This document shows positions 38,743-47,186 of a stretch of 60,720 bases of DNA, in pieces; the first letter of the stretch is position 1, and the number at the start of each line of letters is the position of its first letter. A program made the position numbers and the translations under genes. This DNA comes from a bacterium (GTDB lineage: Bacteria; JADJOY01). The notes under the pieces were generated by a model. The model worked only from the letters and a program-made list of their open reading frames with translations. It was not told the origin of the DNA and did no database searches. The DNA lies in NCBI GenBank assembly GCA_046331705.1, contig JAXLQJ010000018.1, forward strand, positions 62,001 to 122,720, given 5' to 3'.

Positions 38743-39714
38743 TCACCAGCGCAGGATCAGCGTCCCGACCGCGAGACCGGCCCCGGTTCCGATCAGCATC
38801 ACGCGCTGGCCGCGAACCAGCCTTCCGGTGCGATTCGCGTGCGCCAATGCCATGGGCAGCGACGCTGCGACGCAGTTCCCGTACTCGGCGATGATGTTGA
38901 CGACGCGCGCGGCGGGCACGCCCAGATGCTCGGCCATGGAGTCGAGCGCGCGTCCCGAGGCTTGGTGCGGCACGACGAGGTCGATGTCGGCGATCCCCGC
39001 GCAACCGGCGCGGCGCAACACGTCGCGGACCTGCGCCTCGAGCCGCGGCCGCGCCATCCGGTACACCGCCGGTCCGTTCATGGTGAAGAGATAATCGGCG
39101 GCGGTGGTGTTCGGGTCGAGCGGGTGGCGATGCATCCCTCCCCCGGGCAGCTGCGTGAGCTCGGCGCCGGCGGGATGGGTGGTGATCGCGAGCGCCAGCA
39201 TCTCGCTGGCCTCGCCGGACGGCGTGGCCTCGAGCACCGCGGCGGCGGCGCCGTCGCCGAGCAACGACGCGCTCTCCGGCTCGTGGACGTTCCGCGCGAC
39301 GCTGCCGATCTCCGCCGAGACGATCAGCACCCGCCGGTAGCCGCCCGAGGTGATCAGCGTCGCCGCCGTCCAGAGCGCGGGCATGAACGACAAGCAGGTG
39401 GCGTGCAGCGTGAAGGTCGTGAGGCCCTCGAAGCCGAGCTCGCGGGCCACGAACGTCGAGGTGTCCGGGATCATCTGCCGCGGCGTCGTGGCGGCGTAGA
39501 TCAAGAGGTCTGGCGCGGGACCGGAGCCGAGCGCCTCGCGAGCGGCCTTGGCCGCCATGTGCTCGACCGGCTCCTCGGCGATGTGACGCCGGAGCACGCC
39601 CGCGCGGCGCGCGATCCAGCTCTCGCTACGGCCGATCCGGCGCGCCAGCTCGGCGGCGGTCTCGACGCGCTCGGGGGCGTAGAAGCCGGTGGAGACGATC
39701 TGGACGGAGAGCAC
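38743..39714 (-). CDS. 3-oxoacyl-ACP synthase III (FabH-like) family protein
   Basis: Cys-His-Asn triad ATCLSF, VPHQAS, YGNCVAAS; LGDGAAA; IGTGAG. Confidence 0.9.
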   Translation of the reverse strand: MLSVQIVSTGFYAPERVETAAELARRIGRSESWIARRAGVLRRHIAEEPVEHMAAKAAREALGSGPAPDLLIYAATTPRQMIPDTSTFVARELGFEGLTTFTLHATCLSFMPALWTAATLITSGGYRRVLIVSAEIGSVARNVHEPESASLLGDGAAAAVLEATPSGEASEMLALAITTHPAGAELTQLPGGGMHRHPLDPNTTAADYLFTMNGPAVYRMARPRLEAQVRDVLRRAGCAGIADIDLVVPHQASGRALDSMAEHLGVPAARVVNIIAEYGNCVAASLPMALAHANRTGRLVRGQRVMLIGTGAGLAVGTLILRW

Positions 39715-39787
39715 GAAGCGGCCGGGTCGGCGGCACGCGAGCGGACGAGCCCTGCTGGCCCCGACGGCGCACCGCGTGACGGTCGGA

Positions 39788-41056
39788 TCAGTTGCCGAAG
39801 ATCAGGTCGATGGGATTCACGAGCAGACTGTAATAGAGACGGATCCCCACTTCGAAGCCGTTCACGGGACGGAAGTTCTCGCCGGCGATCAAGGTCTGCG
39901 TCACGTAGCCGCCCGTGAGATCGACAGGCACGCCGTATCGCAACAGCGAGAGCTGCCCCGAGAACTTGAAGTTGTGCTTGAAGAGCGCCTCGTTGTCCTC
40001 TTCCTGGTCGCTGTCCCACACCTTCGAGAGCGAGTCGTAGTCGGTGTCGAAGGCACGCACGTGCGTGTAGCCGATCTGCACGCCGAACAGCGACGGCAGC
40101 GCCTTCTGGAACTCGGGATTGGTCTTGGTGAGCCAGCTGGGCTCGTCGGGACCGCGCAGCATGTCGAAGCGAATCGTGCAGCCGGCGCCGTAGATGTCGC
40201 CGCGCGTGACCTTGTACGTGGGGCCGATGTAAGGCGCGTAGTCGACGATCAGCGGGTTGTACTTGCCGACCGGGCTGGGAAACGTGCGCGGCAGATAGTG
40301 CTCGTAGAAGAGATCGAAGCTGAGCGTGAAGCGATCCAGGATCGAGTCCGGCAGCCGCCAATCGCTGGTCAGGTGAAGGCCGATGTCGCCGTTGGTGATG
40401 AAGTCGAAGCCGGAGGTCCCGACCGAGCCGAGGATCTCGGGGTTGGCCTGGGTGGCCGTGAAGGTGTTGCCGAACGCGAAGGCGGTGATCTGGCTCCACG
40501 GCTGGCGATACACGTTGACCAGCACGGCCAGCAGCACGTCGCCCGGGGTGCCGTAGGCCGACCAGTTGGGCGGCTTGGGCTGCCCCAGGCTCCCCGCCCA
40601 ATCCCAGAAATCGTCCTCGGTCATCTGGCGGTTGAACTCGGGGATGAAATCGCCCGACTCCCAGCCCAGGTTGAGATCGGTCTTCTGCGAGATCAGGAAC
40701 GGCCACACGACGGCCACCGAGAACCAGTCGGTGACGCCGACGGCGAGCGTGTTGATCGCGACTTCCGCCTCGTGCACGCCCGGGACCAGGATCTTGCCCT
40801 GGAACTCGCCGGTGGGCGCGTAGCGCTCCACCGGATCCGCGAGATCCACGAGCTTCCCCGAGCCGTCGTAACGGCCTTGGGTGGCGGTGTTCTGGTAGCG
40901 GGTCTCGAAGATGACGGCACCCTGTGGCGGTGTGTCGGCGAGGCCCGCGTGGGCGGCGGGCACCGCGCACGGCGGCGCCAGCAGCGCGACGATCCATGCC
41001 ACCCGAGCGACGGCTGGGCGCAACCGACGCGGCACACGCCCGAGGGCACGCGTCAC
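39788..41056 (-). CDS. Exported protein, putative outer-membrane beta-barrel
   Basis: GTGA overlap with the upstream gene; signal peptide ending AHA; aromatic-rich amphipathic strands; near-terminal FEVGIRLYY. Confidence 0.65.
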   Translation of the reverse strand: MTRALGRVPRRLRPAVARVAWIVALLAPPCAVPAAHAGLADTPPQGAVIFETRYQNTATQGRYDGSGKLVDLADPVERYAPTGEFQGKILVPGVHEAEVAINTLAVGVTDWFSVAVVWPFLISQKTDLNLGWESGDFIPEFNRQMTEDDFWDWAGSLGQPKPPNWSAYGTPGDVLLAVLVNVYRQPWSQITAFAFGNTFTATQANPEILGSVGTSGFDFITNGDIGLHLTSDWRLPDSILDRFTLSFDLFYEHYLPRTFPSPVGKYNPLIVDYAPYIGPTYKVTRGDIYGAGCTIRFDMLRGPDEPSWLTKTNPEFQKALPSLFGVQIGYTHVRAFDTDYDSLSKVWDSDQEEDNEALFKHNFKFSGQLSLLRYGVPVDLTGGYVTQTLIAGENFRPVNGFEVGIRLYYSLLVNPIDLIFGN

Positions 41057-43026
41057 GGCGCCGGCCTCGCGAGCAGCTCCGGACCGAAATGATTGAACGG
41101 ACCGTCGGTCGCGGGCAGCCGCCCCATGGCCACCCATAGCTCGAGGGAGTCGGGAGCGAACACCGCGTTGTGCATCGAGATCTGCGGGTCGAAGAAGCCG
41201 GGGCGCTTCTCGAGATCCTGGAGCCATTGCGCATCCACGGGGCCACCGGCCTCGCGCAACGCTTCCCCAACCTTCGCGTGGACGCTCACCGAGCTGAAGT
41301 AGGTCGTGCCCCAGTTGCGCTGGTCCGGCAGCGCGAGCGCGATCGGGATCGGCAACGGCACGCTCTCGGGGCCGTCGGCGAGGTTCTTGACGTAGTGGAT
41401 CGTGTTGCGCAGGTCGTCGCGGGTGAGGCTGCCGAAGGGGCGGCCGCTCGCGTCCAGATTCCCGGGATCGCCCGGATCGCTCGAATACGACGCGTAGCCG
41501 TGGTCGGGCAGATGGTTCACGTCCGAGTCGAGCTCGACGACGCGCATGTCCTCGTGCGGCCCATCGGCGAGAAAGATGTTCCAGCCGGTGACCGGACGCT
41601 GGCGGCGGAGCACGGCTTCGGCCTGGTCGAGATCCTCGGCGTCCTCCAGGATCTCCTTCAGCATCCAGCCGCCGAGCGCCCCTTGCGGGTTCAGGCGATA
41701 GGGCTGGCTCGCGAAGATGTTGCCGACCACCGAGTCGTCGAAGGTCTCGCAACGGTCGAGCGCCGTCACGATGCCGCGCTCGCTCATGCCCGACAGGATC
41801 CAGCCGATGCCGGCGTAGCCCACGCTCACGTACGACGGTCGCGGTTGGCCGTCGTCGCCCACCGGGTGGAACACGACCAGCGTCGTGAAGTCGTGCAGCA
41901 CGTTGATGTCGAGCAACGCCATCGCGCGCGCCACCAGCATCGAGCCGTCGGTGGTCGCCGCGCCCCGCACGCCGAGATTCCAGGCCGGCACGCTCCCCGA
42001 GGCCTCCGTGGGCTTCTCGTTGCCGAAGTCGGTGAGCGCGCGGCTGGCGCCGCCCACCACGAACGTGAACCGCTGCAAACGCGCGACGTTGGGGTGCAGC
42101 GGCGGCGGCACCACGATCTCGTCGAGATCGGCCACCTCGACGTCCACGGCCACCGGCGTTCCCTCGGCGAACGGCTGCGGCGGCTTGATGGTCACCACCG
42201 GATGGAGGGCGTCGCCGTTGTCGCTCCACACGCCGGTGGAAGCCCGCGTGTAGACGTCGTCGTTGAGCCGGATGCGAAGCGTGGCGAGGTCGACTCCCTC
42301 GGGATCGAAGACGTTGGGGAAGCTCACGTCGCCCAGCCGGAACACCAGCGTGGGCTGCGCGGGCATGCCCTTCACCACCGCGAACGGCGAGGACGGGAAG
42401 GAGTCGAACTCGTTCTCGCGCGGCTCGTCGATCGAGCCGTCCTCGTCGTTGTCGATGCCGTCGGTGAGCAGCGCGCCCGGCAGCGAGATCGACTCGACCA
42501 CCGGCGACTGCACGATGCGCAGGAACACCGTGATGTTCACCAGGCTCAGGATCGCGTCGAGCAAGGTGTTGAGGATCAGCACGTTCTCGTAGTCGTAGCC
42601 CGACCCGTCGGCGATGCCGCGGATCTCGTCCCGGAAACGCTGGGGGATGAAAGGCTCGAGCCCGTGCGCGGCCTCTTTCAGGAACTCGTACGCGAACTGC
42701 CCGTTCTCGAAGCGCGGATCGTCGTAGTACGAGAGCACGCTCGCGATCCCGGGCTGCTCACGGCTGAAATACGGGATCAGCGACGCGGTGAGGAACTGGG
42801 TGAAGACCTGCCGGATCTCGGCCGAGTACGCCTGGCCGATCTGGTAGCCCATCTCGTAGTGCGTCCCCGAGACGTGCAGCACACGCGTCTCGTCGGGATC
42901 GATGAGGGTCGTGCTCTGGGTGCAGCCGATCGCGAGCGGCGCGAACACGAGCAACAGGAACGCCGCGGCGCGGCGACGCTCGGGGCGCACCCATCGGGCC
43001 GCGCGTGGGGCTCGGGAAAACGTCAC
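41053..43026 (-). CDS. Peptidase C45/Ntn-hydrolase-like lipoprotein with a large insertion, apparently lacking the nucleophilic Cys
   Basis: Lipobox LAIGC; SGTHYEMGYQIG and IPQRFRDEIRGIADGSG (C45 pro-domain); GAATTDGSMLVAR, SVGYAG..SGMSERGI and HNAVFAP (catalytic domain). Confidence 0.75.
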   Translation of the reverse strand: MTFSRAPRAARWVRPERRRAAAFLLLVFAPLAIGCTQSTTLIDPDETRVLHVSGTHYEMGYQIGQAYSAEIRQVFTQFLTASLIPYFSREQPGIASVLSYYDDPRFENGQFAYEFLKEAAHGLEPFIPQRFRDEIRGIADGSGYDYENVLILNTLLDAILSLVNITVFLRIVQSPVVESISLPGALLTDGIDNDEDGSIDEPRENEFDSFPSSPFAVVKGMPAQPTLVFRLGDVSFPNVFDPEGVDLATLRIRLNDDVYTRASTGVWSDNGDALHPVVTIKPPQPFAEGTPVAVDVEVADLDEIVVPPPLHPNVARLQRFTFVVGGASRALTDFGNEKPTEASGSVPAWNLGVRGAATTDGSMLVARAMALLDINVLHDFTTLVVFHPVGDDGQPRPSYVSVGYAGIGWILSGMSERGIVTALDRCETFDDSVVGNIFASQPYRLNPQGALGGWMLKEILEDAEDLDQAEAVLRRQRPVTGWNIFLADGPHEDMRVVELDSDVNHLPDHGYASYSSDPGDPGNLDASGRPFGSLTRDDLRNTIHYVKNLADGPESVPLPIPIALALPDQRNWGTTYFSSVSVHAKVGEALREAGGPVDAQWLQDLEKRPGFFDPQISMHNAVFAPDSLELWVAMGRLPATDGPFNHFGPELLARPAP

Positions 43027-43422
43027 GAAAGAGGATCCAGGCAGCTCGAGGGCCGACCACGGCGCGCGGCGGCGCGCGATTCTGTCATGCGTTCGCGCAC
43101 CGGCGCAATCGTTCGCTTCGCCAAGCTCGGCCGGTCATTTTGCCCGGGGCGCAAGCGTGGGCGGCGTGTCGCAACAGCGACGACTGCCTTCCTGTCAGGC
43201 GCCCTACCCGCTCCCAGCGAGCTTTCCGCCGGGGAATCCGGGAACGGTGTCGTCGTTCGGTAACTGGCAACGAATCTGCCGACGGGACGCGCAACGAGAA
43301 GCGCGTTCCAGCGAGAAGATCGCGCGCCGGGTCCGGTGGTTTCGTGTTCCCCGTCGGCACTCGGGCGCTCCCGCCGAGAGCGGCGGTGATCGCCCGAATC
43401 GGCGCAGCGGCGCCGCCGATGC

Positions 43423-43438
43423 CGGCACGAATCCTGCT
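43423..43438 (+). promoter_or_regulatory. Candidate sigma54 promoter CGGCACGAATCCTGCT
   Basis: Near-consensus GGCACG-N5-TGCT with GG-N10-GC spacing, about 60 nt upstream of ATG 43498. Confidence 0.55.
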
Positions 43439-43497
43439 TCGCCGTCATCCGGCGCGTGTGACCAGGCGAGCGTTGCCATCCTTCGGGAGACTTTGGA

Positions 43498-46400
43498 ATG
43501 ACCGGATGGTACGACCGCTGGTGCGAGGCCGTCACGCTCAGCACGTTCCGTAGCGGTTCCACGAAGACGCAGCACGCCCTCTCGATCGCGCTCACCGTGC
43601 TGAGCTTGATCGCCGTCGTGTTGCTGGGGCGCGCGCACGGCCATTCGCCAGGCCTCGTGCTGCTCATCGCGCCCGTCGTGGCGAGCGCAGCGATGGGGGG
43701 GATCGGCACCGGGCTCGTCGCCACGGCCGTTGCGGCGTTCGGCGCAACCCTGTTCCTCGTCCCGCCGCTCGGGTCGTTTCGCGGTGGCGATGCCGTGGAC
43801 CACATCCGGCTCGCGGCGCTGGTCGGCACAGGCGTCCTCACGAGCGTCCTTTCCGACCTGCTGCGCCGGGCCGCTCGGCGTGCTCACGACGCCGAGCGTT
43901 TCGACAGCGTCGTGCTCGCCACCCTCGGCGACGGCGTGCTCGCCACCGATGAATGGCAGCGGGTTCGCTTCCTGAACGTGCAAGCGGCGCGACTCACCGG
44001 CTGGCGCCCCGAGGACGCCATCGGGCAACCGCTCGCCGCGGTGGTGCGATTCGCGAGCGGCGACGCCGGAGGTCCCCCGTCCGTCGGCCGCGGCAACGCC
44101 GGCAGCGTCACCGGAACGCTGCGAGGACGCGACGGGCGCGAGACCCACGTCGCCGTGGAGGTGCAAGCGCTCGGCTCCGCGCACGGGCGTGCCGGCGGCG
44201 TGGTGGTGGTGATGCACGACCGCAGCGACGCGTGTGCCGCCCAGGAAGCGAATCGCGAGCGCCAGGCCCTGGAAACCCGGCTGCGCGACGTGGCCGCGAC
44301 CGCGCCGGGCGCCCTCTATTCGTTCCAGCAACACGTCGACGGGAGCTTCTCGTTTCCGTTCGCGAGCGACGCCATCGAGCCGCTCCTCGCGATCTCACCC
44401 GAGGAGCTCATGGCGTCGGCGGAAGCCGGCTTCGCGCGCGTCGAGCCCGAGGACCTGACGCGCATCTTCGAGACCGCGCTCGAATCGGCGCGCACGCTCT
44501 CGCCCTGGCACCTCGAGTTTCGGGTTCATCACCCCGACAAGGGGTCGGTCTTCGTCGAGGGGCGCTCCATCCCGCATCGCGAGCCGGACGGCAGCACGAT
44601 CTGGCACGGCGTCTTCCTCGACGTGTCGGAACGAATGCGAGCATCGCAAGCGCTCGCCGGGAGCGAGGCGCGCTTTCGCTCCTACGTGGAACGCGCGCCC
44701 GATGCCGTGGTGGTGCTCGCGCCCGGCGGGCAGTTCCAGGACGCGAACCACGCCGCCGAGCGGATGACCGGCCGTACGGTCGACGAGCTGCGCTCGATGC
44801 GGATCACGGATCTCGTGCTGGCGGAGGACCACCCGCGCCTGCTCGCCGATCAGCGGCGCTTGCGCATCGAGGGGCTGGTGGAAGGCGAATACCGGATCAC
44901 CCCACGCGACGGCGAGCCCATCTGGGCGAGCATTCGCGCGTCGCTGCTCGAGGACGGGACCAGCCTCGCGTACGCACACGACGTCACCGCCCGGCGGCGC
45001 GCGGAGACCGCCATCCACGAGAGCGAGGCCCGCCTCAAGGGCATCATCGAGTCCGCGATGGACGGGATCGTCACCGTCGACGAGGACCAGCGCATCGTGA
45101 TGGTGAACCCGGCGGCCGAGCGGATGTTCGGATCGCGGCTGAGCGAGCTGCGCGGCCAGCACCTGAACGTGCTCGTTCCCGACGACGCGCGCGCCGATCA
45201 CGACGGTCACATCGCGCGCTTCTTCGACGGACCGCGTGACCATCGGACCAGCGGCAACCTCACGGTGCGCGGACGTCGCGCCGACGGCGAGCTCTTCCCC
45301 CTCGAGGCCTCGGTGTCGCGGGTGACGGTGGCGGGAAGGACCCTGGTCACCGTGTTCCTGCGCGACGTCTCCGGTCGCATCCGCGCCCAGCAAGCGCTCG
45401 CCGAGAGCGATCAACGCTTCCGCCAGCTCGCCGACAACATCCGCGAGGTTTTCTGGCTCGCCGACGTCGAGACACCGGCCGTGCTCTACGTGAGCCCCGC
45501 GTACGAGTCGATCTGGGGTCGCCGCGCGGAGGAGCTGTTGGTGTCGTTCGGCGCGTGGATCGACGCCCTCTACCCCGAGGACCGCGACCGGGTGCTGGAC
45601 GCCGTTCCCAAGATGGTGGCCGGGGATTACGACGAGGAGTACCGGATCGTGCGTCCCGACGGCGCGATCCGCTGGATCCGCGATCGTGCGTTCCCGGTGC
45701 GCGAGAGCGACGGGCGCGTCACCCGGCTGGCAGGCATCGCCGAGGACGTGACCGAGCGCCGGCAGCTCGAGGCCCAGCTCCGACAGACCCAGAAGATGGA
45801 ATCGATCGGCTTGCTCGCGGGCGGCGTCGCCCACGACTTCAACAATCTGCTCACGGTGATCGCGGGCAACGTCGAGCTCCTGATCCCCGATCTTCCGAGC
45901 GAGGGCGACCAGCGAATCCTCGCCACCGAGATCCAGGCGGCCGGCGAGCGCGCCGCGGCACTCACCCGCCAGCTCTTGGCGTTCAGCCGACGCGAGGTGC
46001 TCGAGCCCAAGGTGCTGCGTCTCGAGCGCGTGGTCGCGGACACCGAGAAGATGCTGCGGCGCTTGCTGGGCGAGGACATCGTGCTCACGACGAGCCTCAG
46101 CCCCTCGACCGCACGCGTGAACCTCGATCCCGGGCACGTGACCCAAGTGATCGTGAACCTCGCGGTGAACGCCCGCGATGCGATGCCGCGTGGCGGCCGG
46201 CTCACCATCGCCACCGACTCGGTGGTGCGCGACGCCGCGTACGCCGCCTCGCACCCGCTGGTGCGGCCCGGCCCGTACGTGATGCTGAGCCTGAGCGACA
46301 CGGGATGCGGCATGACGCCCGAGGTGCGCGGGCGGGTGTTCGAGCCGTTCTTCACCACCAAAGGGCCTGGACGCGGGACCGGCTTGGGGCTGGCGGTGGT

Positions 46401-46914
46401 GCACGGCATCGTCGAGCAGAGCGGCGGCCACCTCGAGCTCGACTCGACGCCGGGGGTCGGCACGACTCTCCGGCTCTACTTTCCCGCGGTGGTCGAGACC
46501 ATCCACGCGCGCACCGAGCGGAACGCGACCGGCGGGGATCGCGGCTCCGAGACCGTGCTCTTGGTGGAAGACGACGAGAGCGTGCGGCGTCTCGGCGCGC
46601 GCGCGCTCGAGTCGTACGGATACACGGTGCACGTGGCGACGGACGGGAAGGAAGCGCTGGCGAGGGTGTATTCGGGAACGATTCGGCCCGATCTCGTGGT
46701 GACGGACGTGGTGATGCCCCGCATGAACGGGCGCGAGCTGAGCGACGCCTTGCGCCAGCGCCATCCCACCCTCAAGGTGCTCTTCACCAGCGGTTACACG
46801 GACGACGCCGTGATCCGCAACGGCATCGACCGCGCCGAGGTCGCGTTCCTGCAGAAGCCCTACACCCCGCTGACGCTGGTTCGGAACGTGCGCGACCTCC
46901 TCGATCGATCCTGA
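43498..46914 (+). CDS. Membrane-anchored multi-PAS hybrid sensor histidine kinase/response regulator
   Basis: N-terminal TMs (DUF4118-like); about five PAS/PAC units; H-box GGVAHDFNNLL; NLAVNARDA, DTGCG, FFTTK, GTGLGL; REC VTDVVMP...QKP. Confidence 0.93.
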   Translation: MTGWYDRWCEAVTLSTFRSGSTKTQHALSIALTVLSLIAVVLLGRAHGHSPGLVLLIAPVVASAAMGGIGTGLVATAVAAFGATLFLVPPLGSFRGGDAVDHIRLAALVGTGVLTSVLSDLLRRAARRAHDAERFDSVVLATLGDGVLATDEWQRVRFLNVQAARLTGWRPEDAIGQPLAAVVRFASGDAGGPPSVGRGNAGSVTGTLRGRDGRETHVAVEVQALGSAHGRAGGVVVVMHDRSDACAAQEANRERQALETRLRDVAATAPGALYSFQQHVDGSFSFPFASDAIEPLLAISPEELMASAEAGFARVEPEDLTRIFETALESARTLSPWHLEFRVHHPDKGSVFVEGRSIPHREPDGSTIWHGVFLDVSERMRASQALAGSEARFRSYVERAPDAVVVLAPGGQFQDANHAAERMTGRTVDELRSMRITDLVLAEDHPRLLADQRRLRIEGLVEGEYRITPRDGEPIWASIRASLLEDGTSLAYAHDVTARRRAETAIHESEARLKGIIESAMDGIVTVDEDQRIVMVNPAAERMFGSRLSELRGQHLNVLVPDDARADHDGHIARFFDGPRDHRTSGNLTVRGRRADGELFPLEASVSRVTVAGRTLVTVFLRDVSGRIRAQQALAESDQRFRQLADNIREVFWLADVETPAVLYVSPAYESIWGRRAEELLVSFGAWIDALYPEDRDRVLDAVPKMVAGDYDEEYRIVRPDGAIRWIRDRAFPVRESDGRVTRLAGIAEDVTERRQLEAQLRQTQKMESIGLLAGGVAHDFNNLLTVIAGNVELLIPDLPSEGDQRILATEIQAAGERAAALTRQLLAFSRREVLEPKVLRLERVVADTEKMLRRLLGEDIVLTTSLSPSTARVNLDPGHVTQVIVNLAVNARDAMPRGGRLTIATDSVVRDAAYAASHPLVRPGPYVMLSLSDTGCGMTPEVRGRVFEPFFTTKGPGRGTGLGLAVVHGIVEQSGGHLELDSTPGVGTTLRLYFPAVVETIHARTERNATGGDRGSETVLLVEDDESVRRLGARALESYGYTVHVATDGKEALARVYSGTIRPDLVVTDVVMPRMNGRELSDALRQRHPTLKVLFTSGYTDDAVIRNGIDRAEVAFLQKPYTPLTLVRNVRDLLDRS

Positions 46915-47050
46915 GCCTCTCCCGGGCGCCTCGACGCACGTCGATCGCGACGGGGACGCTCACTCGGGTCGCGCGGGGTGGTGAATCCGCGTCGGGGCGA
47001 CTACGCTTCCGGCGCGGTGTCGTGCGACAGCGTTGGCGCACGACGGCGAA

Positions 47051-47098
47051 GGGTGCGGCGAGTCCACGCCGCAGGATCCACGGGTGGTCGGGCCGCCA
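47051..47098 (+). ncRNA. nhaA-I motif (Li+-I class) riboswitch candidate
   Basis: GGGTG-CGGCG-loop-CGCCG-CAGG-N9-TGGTCGGGCCGCCA matches my recollection of the nhaA-I consensus; it sits upstream of a cation:proton antiporter, the typical context. Confidence 0.72.
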
Positions 47099-47186
47099 CT
47101 CGGCTGTAGCAAGATCGGACGTCGGTCGTCGCTCGCCGTCACCCAGCACGGCGAGGGCACACCGCGGATCTTGCGGGAGCCGACTC

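Noticed and set aside
41057-42229. 813-aa version of the barrel-like ORF
   Set aside because: The extension overlaps the C45-like gene out of frame; the signal peptide begins at GTG 41056
43120-43310. Resemblance to c-di-GMP-I (GGCAA..GGGACGC) or cobalamin (GGGAATCCGG) riboswitch fragments
   Set aside because: The GNRA-capped P2, GCAAAG and the B12 box are missing; only short word matches
45555-47186. Apparent 1016-aa ORF with a long N-terminal extension on the antiporter
   Set aside because: The upstream part is an off-frame read of the histidine kinase and the riboswitch region; the real start is ATG 47187 with an RBS
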